DNA from: Lama guanicoe
Lineage: Eukaryota
DNA length: 64,000 bases
NCBI GenBank assembly: GCA_013239625.1
Contig: MU056050.1
Coordinates: forward strand, 2,776,084 to 2,840,083
Direction of reading: 5' to 3'
The position numbers were made by a program, and so were the translations under genes. Every line of letters begins with the position of its first letter. Positions within the stretch are counted from its first letter, which is position 1. The notes under the pieces are model-generated. The model ran no database searches. It worked only from the letters and a program-made list of their open reading frames with translations, and was not told the origin of the DNA. Positions 1-11,230 of this stretch are shown piece after piece.

Positions 1-139
1 GATTTGAAGGTAAGGCCCCAAGGAGGAGTCGAGGAGTTCCTGACATGGAATTCATTAGTGTTGTATTGGAATTGAACTGCTGGTCCAAGATTGGCTCTGC
101 TGTGTGCCATGTTCAGCTACGGGCTGAAGGAAGAGCAGC

Positions 140-350
140 AACACTTGGATTCTAACCTTGGCTTTGCCATTTTGTAGGTGTGGAACCTTGGGCAAGTTAA
201 GTCTTCCCTCTGGGTCTCAATTTCCTCACTTATAAAGTGGGCATGAGACTATATATACCTTATAGGCTTGTTGTGATGATTAAACAAGTTAATGAATGAG
301 ATACTGCTTTGAGTCTATAGAGAGCATTAGAAATGTTAGTAATTACTAAT
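140..350 (+). mobile_element. MIR SINE fragment
   Basis: MIR core-like text: accttgggcaagttaagtcttccctctgggtctcaatttcctcacttataaagtggg...ttgttgtgatgattaaa. Confidence 0.8.
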
Positions 351-1785
351 AATTATATTTTAGAGGTGTTGTATTCTATATGAAATTTCTTTATTAGTTT
401 TTCTTTCTCAGAAACGTCTATTACTCCCCCAAGTATGTCTCACAGTGTGAATTGAAAATATTATTTTAGCACGTGATAGTATTAAGTTTAGCCACCGATC
501 CTATTTTGTCTTACTTAGTTACTCCTTCAATCCACTTCTGAGCAAACCTAGGATGGCCTTCCCATGGATGAGGACACTGTATGAGCTTCTCAACTCTCTT
601 AATTAAATGCTCTCCCTATCACCCACTTACTCATTTGTCTTCAAAGTTCCTGGCCTGCGCTTAATCGGTAACCTAGGCCAGTGGTCTGCAAAGTGGAAGA
701 TGTATGGGCCCCTAGGGGGTGAGCAAGATGATCTCTTTGGGTGTGGGGAAAACATTAAAATTTATACGTACTTTTTATCTCAAAAATAAAGACGTTAAGC
801 CTGACTAAAGTTTAATCTTTGGATTGACACTGCCTCCTCACTTGGATCTCTGGGTTAAATGTGTCACATATATCCATCAGCACCGTGAAGGAAGAATGAG
901 TGTTTCACAGTTCAAAGTAGTTCTCAGCAGTGGCCTCACTTGTTTTTTGCTTTCAGAATATTGCAACATACTGTGGTTTAACTGTGAAGGGGAAAAGTTA
1001 TGGCTTATATAATCTTAAATAATAGAATCTTTTGAATACTTTTTGGGGAGAATAACCATGGAAATCTTTTGTACCACCCAGAGGGTTCACTAGTTATCTT
1101 CAGGAAAATATTTTAAAAGTTGTTGAACTCAGAGATAAGTTACACTCTTTAAACAAAGACGACTGACTATTCCAAATTTGCCAACTTTTAGTTACTAAGT
1201 AGTTGGCAATAGTATGGTACCCAGAAGATATTTTTTAAAGAAGAAAAAGACTTAATCTATCCCTTCAAGGTGAATTTTGATGAGTGAAAAGTAATTGCTT
1301 TAAAAAAAAGCATATTTTAAAAATGGATACTGGAAAATGTTTCTATCTTTTATGTGATTTTTCTTGCTTTGGCACCTAAAAATATCTCTGGTATCTACAT
1401 AATTTTTGAAAATTGAAAAAATATTTCTAACCTCTTTAAAACTTTTCTAAATGAAGAATTTTAGTAAAATTTGACCCCATTTGTTAAAAATATTAGGGTA
1501 TCATACCTACTGATTAGTTTGCAGGCATAACTGATTAACATAAAAAATATAGAAATTTTCTAGGCAAGTTACAACAAAAACTCTTGAATAATTGGAGTAT
1601 GGAATTTTTTAAAATGCCTTTGTGGTGATACATTCAGCACAGACAATGATGTACTTTTTCTGTTTGGAACTGTGTATCTTTGTGTCCTCTCTTTTTCAAA
1701 CAAGATAGCCAGTAAAACCTAGTATTGAACTAACCTAAATTTAGAGTCAGTCCTTCAAATGGATATATTATAGGATTTAAAAAAT

Positions 1786-1862
1786 TAACTGAATCTCTTT
1801 GCTGTACACCTGAAACTAACATTGTAAACTGATTACACTTCAAAAAAAAAAAGAATAAAAAA
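1786..1862 (+). mobile_element. L1 extreme 3' end with A tail
   Basis: taactgaatctctttgctgtacacctgaaactaacattgtaaactgattacacttc followed by poly-A; same terminus as the L1 ending at ~19800. Confidence 0.8.
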
Positions 1863-1967
1863 ATCAAAATTAAGGAACTGTGTTGTCATATTTCTCTCAT
1901 TTAATAAATTAAGCGGAATAATGCTTTTAAGTGACAAAATTATTTTTGTACCATTAATAAAAAGTCT

Positions 1968-2350
1968 TATTTTATTTATTTATTTAGATTGAAGTATAGT
2001 CAACTTACAATATTATATTCATTTTAGGTGTACAACATAGTGATTCAAAATTTTTATAAATTATACTCCATTTAAAGTTATTATAAAATATTGGCTATAT
2101 TCCCTGTGCTGTACAACATATCCTTGTAGCTTATTTATTTATTTACTTTTAACATTTTTTTTTATTGAGTTATAGTCATTTTACAATGTTGTATCAAATT
2201 CTAGTGTAGAGCACAATTTTTCAGTTATACATGAACATACATATATTCATTTTCACATTGTTTTTTTCGCTGTGAGCTTGTAGCTTATTTATTTTATACA
2301 TAGTAGTTTATACTTTTTAATCTCCTACCCCTATCTTGCCCCTCCCCACT
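1968..2350 (-). mobile_element. L1 3' end containing a nested younger L1 3' end (2141-2276)
   Basis: Antisense L1 3'UTR; the inner insert is flanked by TSD cttgtagcttatttattt at 2123-2140 and 2277-2294. Confidence 0.8.
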
Positions 2351-2415
2351 AAAGTTTTATTTTAAATCCTATTGATTTTATCTTTTCTCATCCTTTAAAA
2401 ATGCATATTAAAACA

Positions 2416-2547
2416 TTTTTTTTTTGTGGGGGAGGTAATTAGGTTTATTTATTTTTATATCTTTCCTAATGGAGGTGCTGAGGATTGAACCCCAGGACCT
2501 TGTACATACTAAGCACCTACTCTACCCCTGAGCTATACCCTCCCCCC
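2416..2547 (-). mobile_element. tRNA-derived SINE (camelid Vic-1-like)
   Basis: Reverse complement ggggagggtatagctcaggggtagag...ggttcaatcctcagcacctcc (A and B boxes), followed by an aaataaacctaattacctccccc tail and poly-A. Confidence 0.85.
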
Positions 2548-3214
2548 TAAAATTCATATTTTGTATATGTTTATATCATAATATATGCAATACATTAGTA
2601 TAGTTGTAGTATGTGTATATAATTTATAAATAAATAAATTTATATTTACTTTTACTTGGAGTATGTACACTTTTTTTAGCTGATTATGTTAAAAATTTGG
2701 AGGCCACTGGACTTGACTACCTATTTGCTCCAGATATTGATAGTGAGCATAACCTTGAATTCTCTGCCCTACCTGTTCTCAAGAGCCTTACTTAGGTAAG
2801 GAATATATTATCCCCTGCACCCTACTCTTATAGGTATTATATGTTCTATCCTTGGCTCAAGGTAGACCACTAAAAGGCTACATATCTTGGAGGTCTAAAG
2901 AGGGTTAAGGTGAAAAAGCAGAAGCTGGAAAGGTACTAGAAAATGAATGTGGGTCAGTAACCAGAGAGGGAGAAGTGAACCACAGCATGGTGAGATTGAA
3001 ATTTTGTGACACTCTCCATCTCCAGCTTGACCCATCTTTAGTCTTGAGAAAGGTCATCCCAAGATAATATTCTACAGTACATCTTATTCTCCTTATGAAC
3101 CTGCCTTCAGTCACACAAAGCACACAGGACCATAAAGAGGAATGAGAAGTGCTGAGCAGTATTATCCAGTATTATTCCTTAATTGTTTTATGCATGTAAG
3201 CCCTGGATAATGGG

Positions 3215-3828
3215 GTAGTAGTTAAAAGCAAGAACATCAGACAGACTTTAATTTGAATCCTGGTTCCACTGGTTGCTTGCTGACTTTGTGACCCAGGCAA
3301 GTAATTTAACCAATTTTTTGGTTAATCTTTTTTTTTGAATCTTAGTTCCTTCATCCACAAAATTAAGGTACAGTTGTCCCTTGGAATCAGTGAGGGATTG
3401 GTTCCAGGGCCCCTGTGGATACCAAAATCTGTGGATGCTCAACTCTCTTATATAAAATGGTGTGTATTTGCATTTAACCTACACACATCCTCTCGTATAC
3501 TTTAAATCATCTCTGGATTATTTCTAATACCTAATAGAAAGCAAAGGCTATGTAAATAGTTGCAAATACAATTTAAATGCCATGTAAATGGTTGCTGATG
3601 CACAGTAAATTCAAGTTATGCTTTTTGGAACTTTCTAGAATTTTTTTTCTTAAACAGTTTTGATCCATAGGTGGTTGAATCTCTGAATGTGGAAGCTGCA
3701 GATACAGAGGACTGAATGTACTAAACCTACCTCACAGGGTGGTTGAGAGGATTAAATTCGCGTAAATTCATGGAAAGCATTTAGTAAGGAATCTGGCACA
3801 TAGCAGGTCCCCAATAACAACAGCATTA
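3215..3828 (+). mobile_element. MIR split by a MER2 insertion
   Basis: MIR 5' part at 3215-3368; the 3' part resumes at 3721 with ctacctcacagggtggttgagaggattaaa. Confidence 0.75.
3371..3718 (+). mobile_element. MER2 (TcMar-Tigger MITE)
   Basis: TA target duplication at 3369-70 and 3719-20; starts cagttgtcccttgg...gattggttccag...gataccaaaatc. Confidence 0.85.
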
Positions 3829-6239
3829 TCCATCAGATTGTCACCTCCTGATGGGGCCATGCTAGATGCTCTGTGCTGCTTTCCTGTACCCACAGTGCCT
3901 AACACAGAGATCAGCATGTACTAGGTGCTCAGTTAGTACTTGTTGAACTGAATAGAATGAGTGGGAAAGACATTTCAGGACATGATTAACTTAGGAATCT
4001 AGTGCAACCTGAGATTAGAGACTTTGAATCAATTTACCTCCTTTTCCCTGCTAAAATAACTTCTTTTGGAACACTACTCTGAATTCTTTCTAACCTTGTT
4101 GCAGCAACCCTTTTCATAGATTTATACAAGTTTCATCCCTGTAGGGGGAAAACAAAAATCTTGCATTTCCATCAATGGTATCACTTTTTACTAGTAACGT
4201 TTGAAATACTTGGCTCTGTCAACCAACCTTCAACCCTAATGGACCAATGCTAGAAATATCATTATGTGTCTCTTTGCATAAACACCATTCAAAAATGGCT
4301 CTTCCCTGTTTGCCAGTGAAGCCCAAACTCCTGAATTTGGCACTGAAGTCCTGACATTTAACCTGGCCCCACTTGACCTAGCCAAATCTGTTTTCTACTA
4401 TGCCTCCTGCTCCAGCCAGATGGGTCTTAGCATCGGGCTCTAAGCACTATGCACAACCAAAATTCTTGTGTTTTCCTTTTGCTAGGTTAGGATCTCCCAT
4501 TCCCCAATGTGACACTTTACCTAGCTACTAAATGCCCACTGAATTCTTCTACAAAGCTCACTAGCTACGTTGCTCATATTCTTAGCTATCTAACTGTTGT
4601 ATGTTGTATGTTTGTTTTCCACAAATGAGATCTGACCTCCTTGAAGGCAGGGAGAGTTATCGCCCATAGTACCATGTACTCTGCAGAGCACATGGCAAGT
4701 GATTAATTAAGATAAAAGAACCACATAAGTGCTTTGTAAACCTAAATATAAGGAATTGTCAAAATTCATTGATGCATATAATAATAGTTTACTGAATACC
4801 AGCTGTGCTGGATAACTAGGGTCTAAGGAATGTGTAAGTATTCTTCAAGGACTTTCAAAGATTCCTGAGCAGGGGAATTTGGTAACAGACTAGATTTTCT
4901 GGAGTTAAGTGGGATAATGCTCAGATTTGGTCATCAAAAGTTGTGTGACCTCACAGATCAGTGAAATCAGAGATAATTAAGTTGTGAGTGTACTAACCTA
5001 GCTGAAAAAAGAATGCACCCATCAGAAGGGATCTATTAATATCTGTATTACTCACCTTTACATCTCAGTGCCTACAACACAGAGTCTGGCACACAGAAGG
5101 CTCTTAATGAACACCGTTGAATGACAAAAGGTGAGACTTCTGGGAAACTGCCTTCACTCTGGGATCACAAGCCTGAAGATCAGACAATGGTAAATTCACT
5201 AAGTTGCTGTTGCCCCAAAAGTGTTCTTGGAAAACACCCAGCCAGATTCTTGAAGAGCCCCCAATCTGTCCTTTTCTATTTGAGACTTCCCTAAAAGCAT
5301 ATTTTGGCAGTAATAACACCTTTTCCTCTCATCTGCAAGCTGAAGTAATTTAGTGGATTTTCACACATAATTAAAACACTGAATTTTAGTTTATCTTCTT
5401 TTCTATATCTGGCCTACATTCACTGTGTTGTATCTTGGAAATACCACTTTGAAACAACCTACATTAGTCAGTCTGTATCTTTTACTTGTGGTATTTGACA
5501 CTCAAATCTTCAGTTGGCCGCCTCCTTCACTTTTAGCAACTTCATAGTAAACCACACCAAAATATGAGAAAACAGTTGATCATTCTGTCACCTCAGAAGG
5601 CAGGTAATTTGGGAGTCATTTTAAAATATGTCTAAAAAACTCAAGCCCAAGATGAGCTTGAGGGCTAATTACTGTTGCTGTTTCTGTTACTCAGTCTAGG
5701 GAGGGAAAGTTCCCAAAATGATTTGAGAGTCATTTTCATTCCACTCCTCAGAGCCAAATCATCTGGTTTGTGTGCTAAGTCCAAAAAAACACGGCTGTAT
5801 ATTTTCCCCAAGGAACAAGCCAGGGAGAGAGAATCTGAAAGATCACAGTAGGTTTTAGGTAAGAACTTCCAGGACTTCCTTGAAAAGAAAGGCTACATGT
5901 GATAAAAAATACTGTTTTCCAGCCATTGCCTCTGTGTTTTCTCTCCTGTATTAAACGGCAAGAGAGGGCAAATGCTATTTACCTCTCTCTTCCTTTTGGA
6001 CTTATTTTCAGTTATTTCCTTCACTTCGGCCTTTTAAGTTGCTGCCGTTCAGTAGAAAGAGTGTGAAAGCAAGCAAGGGCCGAGGACTGACGTCTTGTGA
6101 GTTACAGGATGCATTTACTAGGCCGTATCAGCCTTGGTCCTATTATTAAGTCCGGGAGCAAGCATTGTGGCCTGTATTCTGCTTGGACTGCTCTTGCCTT
6201 GGCTCTTGGCCTGTTGAACTCCCATTTCTTCACTTCTTA

Positions 6240-6545
6240 GGTTATACGTATGTTACTTCTTCAAAGAGGCCTGCCCTGCCCATCCCATCTAATGTAGCCG
6301 GCATTCCACAGCCTATTCATTCTCTGTATCATATTCCTCTAGTTTCTTTCAAAGCAACTTATCACTGTCTGAAATAATCTAGTTTATTACTTATTTTTCC
6401 CGTCTGCCCAACCCACTAGACAATAACCTCTGTGTGGGCAGGGACCATGTATGTCATGTTTAGCTGTTGTATATACCCAATGCTTAGCACAGTGCCTGGT
6501 GCATTCTAGGAGATCAGGAGCTATGTGTTCAGTGAATGAGGAGGA
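6240..6545 (+). mobile_element. L2 3' end
   Basis: cccaatgcttagcacagtgcctggtgcattctagg...tgttcagtgaatga, a typical L2 terminus. Confidence 0.75.
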
Positions 6546-6559
6546 CAGAGGGCAATCCA

Positions 6560-6975
6560 GGGTCACCACAATATTCCTTCTTTCTGGAGTGTACAGCCAC
6601 AAAACAGAGGTTCTCCCAGGATTTGTCAAGCTCACTGACCTCTATCCACATTTGCTGATTCATGTGGGAACAAATGATATAATCAAGAGGCTGAACTGGC
6701 TCTTCAGTGATTCTAAAGTTGAATGTGAAACTTGAAGGGCTTGGGAGCTACAGGTAGCATTTTTCTTTCTTTCATAGGCTGAAAAGGATGGCTTTGGCAA
6801 AGAATGGAAGATTCAGGAAATTGAATCAAACACATTCATAATGTTGAGTGGGATCTAATTTTCTGGACTGTGCCTCATGGTAGAAGAACAATGGGTTGCT
6901 GGTTAAGGATGAAAAGTATCTTGAAAAGACAGAAAAAAATATATTTGTTTAGGAGGCTCAGGAACCTCATCAGTG
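6560..6975 (+). mobile_element. CR1/L3 LINE ORF1 (SGNH esterase domain) relic
   Basis: Translation LPGFVKLTDLYPHLLIHVGTND (HVGTND at 6661-6678), then LKGLGA-QVAF, FLDC, NNGLLVKDEKYL...KNIF and RLRNLI; collinear with the CR1 ORF1 esterase blocks, with stops and frameshifts. Confidence 0.75.
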
Positions 6976-7127
6976 TAGGGTCGCCAGATTTAACAAAACC
7001 AAACAAACAAAAAACCCAGGATGCCTCATTAAATTTGAATTTTGAATTTTAGATAAACAGTGTATACATTGTTAATATAAGTATGTGTCATGTAATCTTT
7101 AGTCCTGTATTTTATGTGGCAACCCTA
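6976..7127. mobile_element. MER53-like hAT MITE
   Basis: Inverted termini tagggtcgccaga / tgtggcaacccta; imperfect 8-bp TSD catcagtg / caagagtg. Confidence 0.8.
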
Positions 7128-8727
7128 CAAGAGTGTTTTCATCCAGTTGTCATTACTCTATTCACAAGAATATTATAAGAACTTTGTCAGATGCCTTGCT
7201 GACTTCCGGATATAATGCTCCTGTGGCAACATTTCCCAAACCATGTTCCATGAAATCACAGGCTCCCACAAGACTTGAATATACCTTGAAAAATGGCAAA
7301 ATATGTTTGCAGAATAAACTAGCTCCTTTCTTAGAGATTCACAGTGCATATTAGGATAGTTAAGGTGCCAAGACACACTATTTTCCAAATTTGCTTCCAT
7401 TTTAAGGCTCCACGCTTTCTAGCTGAATTCTCTCCCTCTGAGGTGCCCAACCTCATGTCATGTGACTAGCTTGGCTGAATGTTTTTGCTCTGTCACTGGG
7501 CCAGGTTTTGTACTGGCTGAGTTTATCTTTCCTTTTGGGGGCAAAGAACACAGACATCTGGGATCTGGGCCCTGAAGAAAAAGCTTATAGTCTTGCTGAG
7601 GGTCTCGCTGATATCCTCAGCTGTGTGAGCAAGTAAGGGCTGTTCAGGAACCTTCTGAGGTCTGGTGGTCCTGCCTGCATATGTGCCCAGCTTAGAAATC
7701 CTGTAATGGGAATTGTTCATTGTTTTAGACATATTTTGGTGTCATGGTTTTTAAAGTAGAGCATAACAATCTTAGTGTGGAAAAAATAGTTTATCATAGG
7801 AATTAATTTGTGCATAATTTTCTAGGTAAAGTCAAGATGCATCTTCTTCAAAGGTAAACTTAATGACATTTGTTTTATAAATACCATCATTCCTCACTGT
7901 CAGTCCTCTGCGAATGCTCTAGCTTCTGACATTCAGTAGAGCAATAAAGAAATCAAACATGCCTACCTAACCTTTATGAAAATATTTTAAATTATGATTT
8001 AATTTTTAATCTCCCATGGCAGCAGTAAAATAAATGATATAAATCTCAACAGGCCCAACTGCCTGCTTTGTAATAACACTTAGGGTATGGCCCAGACAGT
8101 CAAGATTTCCTCTTACTCATAAACCAATGTGGCATGGGCTGGGCAAGGGGAGGGTGGTAGATGTTGACATTTTGCATTTCCTGGGGACCTATATATGTAA
8201 CTGTCTTTCACAGTGGGTGGAGAGTGGAGAAGTAGTTTTGACATGTCCTGTGTTAACAGTTTGGGTTTTCATATAAAGTCTTGTTCTTCCTTGCCACTGA
8301 ATTTCTCCCCTTTGCCATTAAATAAACAAGTACCAAAATACTCAAAACACAACACCACCACCACCACAAGAATAAGAAAAGGCAAGAAAAAAAGTATGGC
8401 TTTTTTGTTTAAAAGAAATGAAAGAATCACTCAGTCTAAAAAGATGGAATTTAAGGTTTATAGAATCCACTGTGAAATCTCTTACAAAATTAGCTGAGGC
8501 CTGGGGCACTAAACCACAGGAGTGGGAATGGGTAAATTGAGGGATGCCAAATTAAATAAGTCGATTTATTGGGTTGAAGTGATACTAATACAATATAATA
8601 TAGATGTAGTAAACTAGTTTCCTAGTGTTTCCACAATTTAAAAAGCTTGGGTCAAGAACCTCACATCCCTAGGAAGCAAATTTGTTGCTGTATAACATCT
8701 TGTGTGTAATATATGTTACATAAGTGA

Positions 8728-8843
8728 TTTTTTGTATATATATATATTTTTATTGAAGTATAGTCAGTTTACAATGTTGTGTCAGTTTCTGGTGTAATAC
8801 TCATATCAGACAAAATAGACTTTAAAACAAAGGCCATAAAGAA
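8728..8843 (-). mobile_element. Tiny 5'-inverted L1 insertion
   Basis: Antisense L1 3' tip (8747-8796) fused to a sense ORF2 endonuclease fragment (ILISDKIDFKTKAIK); TSD acataagtga / acgtaagtga. Confidence 0.7.
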
Positions 8844-9057
8844 ACGTAAGTGAATGGTTTTATATGAAGCATAGGTTTGGAATACTTTGAGGCAGGCCAG
8901 AGTCTGGTTATGTATAGGTGCTCAGCAGATGTTGACCATGAATGTCTTATACATAACTGCAGTTTCAAGATAGCCAAAGTGATGAGATATATGAAGTGGC
9001 GTCCAACCTATCAAATCTCTCCAGAACTTTTGCAACTGAGCTGATCTCTTAGATTAA

Positions 9058-9288
9058 TTGATAGTTTCTCAACCTTGGCATTGTTGACATTTTTGACCAG
9101 ATAATTCTTTATTGTGGGTACTGCCTTTTGAATTATAGAATGTTTAACAGTATTTCTGGCCACTATCCACTATATGCTAGCAGGGCACCCCTAGTTGTGA
9201 CAAACGAAAATATCTCCAGATACTGCCAAATGTTACTGGGGTGGGGGGAAGGGGGTGGTTGTAAATTGCCCCCACTTGAGAACCACTG
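9058..9288 (+). mobile_element. MER20 (hAT-Charlie MITE)
   Basis: tttctcaaccttggcattgttgacattttt...ccagataattctt...aaattgcccccacttgagaaccactg. Confidence 0.85.
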
Positions 9289-9432
9289 TGTTAGAAGATG
9301 GTACAGGTTCAGGCTCCCATAAATTGACTCTAGTTCCTTACAGATTATGTGGTTTTGCCACATTTCCTTTGACAGACAGGATCCAAAGACTTTCACAATT
9401 GCATGAAGAGGAGGCTCAAGAAGAGAGGCCAG

Positions 9433-9890
9433 CCCAAAAGTCCATTAATGGATAAATGGATCAACAAAATGTGATGCATCCATATGATGAAATAGTATTC
9501 ATCCTTAAAAAGGATGAAGTAGTGATACCTGCTACAAAGTACTGATACCATCCTTCAATAAGGATGAGTACTGATGAATCTTGAAAACATTATGCTAAGT
9601 GAAAGAAGCCAGACACAAAGTCACATATTGTATGATTCCATTTATATGAAATATCCAGAACAGACAAATTCAGAGAGACAGAAAGCAGCTGGGTGATTGC
9701 CAGAGGCTGGGGAAGGGGAAACTGCTTAATGGGTACAGGGTTTCCTCTTGGAGTGATAGAAATGTTTTAGAACTACATAAAGAAGGTGGATGCACAACAC
9801 TGTGAATGTACTAAGTGCCGCTGAATTGTTCACTTTGAAATGGTTAATTTTATACTATATGAATTTCAACTCAATAAATTAAAAGGAAGA
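9433..9890 (+). mobile_element. Old L1 (L1MB-type) 3' end
   Basis: atgctaagtgaaagaagccagacacaaag...aatggttaattttat...ctcaataaa. Confidence 0.85.
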
Positions 9891-10159
9891 AAAAGGCGAA
9901 ACAGACCCCAAGAGGCCCCACCAAGGGAGAAGGGAGCAGACTGGGGGAAGTAGAATTGCCCAGGTCTAAAAACTGTGTTTCATGGAGTGACGAGGGTTTG
10001 GAGGAGCTTCACTGGGACCATGGAGGAGGGTGGGAAGCAGACATGGCCCCAGTCTCCCATCATCTCCTGCATTAACCCACGTTAGCTGTTCTTAGTGATC
10101 AGAGAGACTTCTGGAGCTCTTGGGGCTGGGCAGCAGGTCTGGGAGGAGAGCTTAAAGAC

Positions 10160-10350
10160 TGAGAAGACATAGTTCTTGCTTTACTAAACTAGGTGTGTGT
10201 GACCTGAGTCAACTACTTCATGTTTTGGTTCCTCAGTTTCCTGATCTATAAAATGAAGGCTAAAAGCACAAGTTTCTTCACAGGGTTGTTTTAAAAGTGA
10301 GATAATGTATTCAAAGTTGCTAGCACATGGAAGGTGTTCAATAAATGGTG
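10160..10350 (+). mobile_element. MIR
   Basis: tgtgtgacctgagtcaactactt...cctcagtttcctgatctataaaatg. Confidence 0.75.
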
Positions 10351-10856
10351 TTTCAGGTCTCCACAGGTAGGCATCTTCCTCTCCTCCAGGACTCTCCACC
10401 CCATGAAAAGACAGGAGCTAATTTGGGCTTTTTGCCAGCAATGCCCCCTTTCCTTTTATTGGGTAAGTTAGAATATATTCTAGTTGTTAGGTTTATTTAA
10501 AAAATTATCCTGCCACTGACCATGGTACATAAAGAAGGTCCACCTTCAAGGCCAGCTGCAAGTCAGACCTGAGTCATGACACCCAGTGTGACAATCACGT
10601 GGAACTAGCTGGCACAAGGAAATGATCAGTCAAATGAAGAAGCACTTCAGTGTCCCAGGTTGGGAGGAAACTTCAAAGAAACGAGTTGTTTCTTTTTTAG
10701 TGATGATTTGGAAGGGCCACGGAAGCAGAGAAAAACCCAAATAGTTCAGGGTTAAAACACAGTACTCTCTCTCCACTCTTTTAAAATACAATCTTGATGA
10801 TACTTCTCTTTCATGATACATGTCTTAGAGGGAACTATGACAAACAAGGATTCTTA

Positions 10857-11230
10857 AAAAAAAAAAAAAGTCAAACTCATAGAAACACAGTAAAAAAGTG
10901 GCTTCCAGGGGCGGGGAGGTGAAGAAATAGGGAGAGTTTGGTAAAAGAGTACAAACTTTCAGTCATGAGATAAATAAGGAGTGAGGATCTAATGTAAAAC
11001 ATGGTGACTATAGTTGACATTATATTATATAATTGAAATATGCTAAGAGAGTAGAACATATATATATATATATATATATATATAGATAGACAGATAATAT
11101 AGTGATGGAGGTTTAACTGGATGGGAGGAATCCTTTCACAATGTACATGTAAATCAAACCATCATGATGTATACTTTAAATATCTTACAATTTTATTTGT
11201 CAATTGTGCCTCAATAAAGCTGAAAAAATA
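10857..11230 (+). mobile_element. L1 3' end (L1MA9-like) with internal (TA)n
   Basis: gtcaaactcatagaaacacag...aaacatggtgactatagttg...cctcaataaagctgaaaaaa. Confidence 0.85.

Larger units (their letters stand above)
679..2709 (+). mobile_element. hAT-Charlie DNA transposon (Charlie4-like) with decayed transposase, interrupted by younger insertions
   Basis: Terminal inverted repeats cagtggtctgcaaa (679) and tttggaggccactg (2696-2709). The interior at ~1066-1110 reads LLYHPE(V)H*LSSGK, resembling the Charlie motif LLYHTEVRWLSRGK. Confidence 0.7.
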
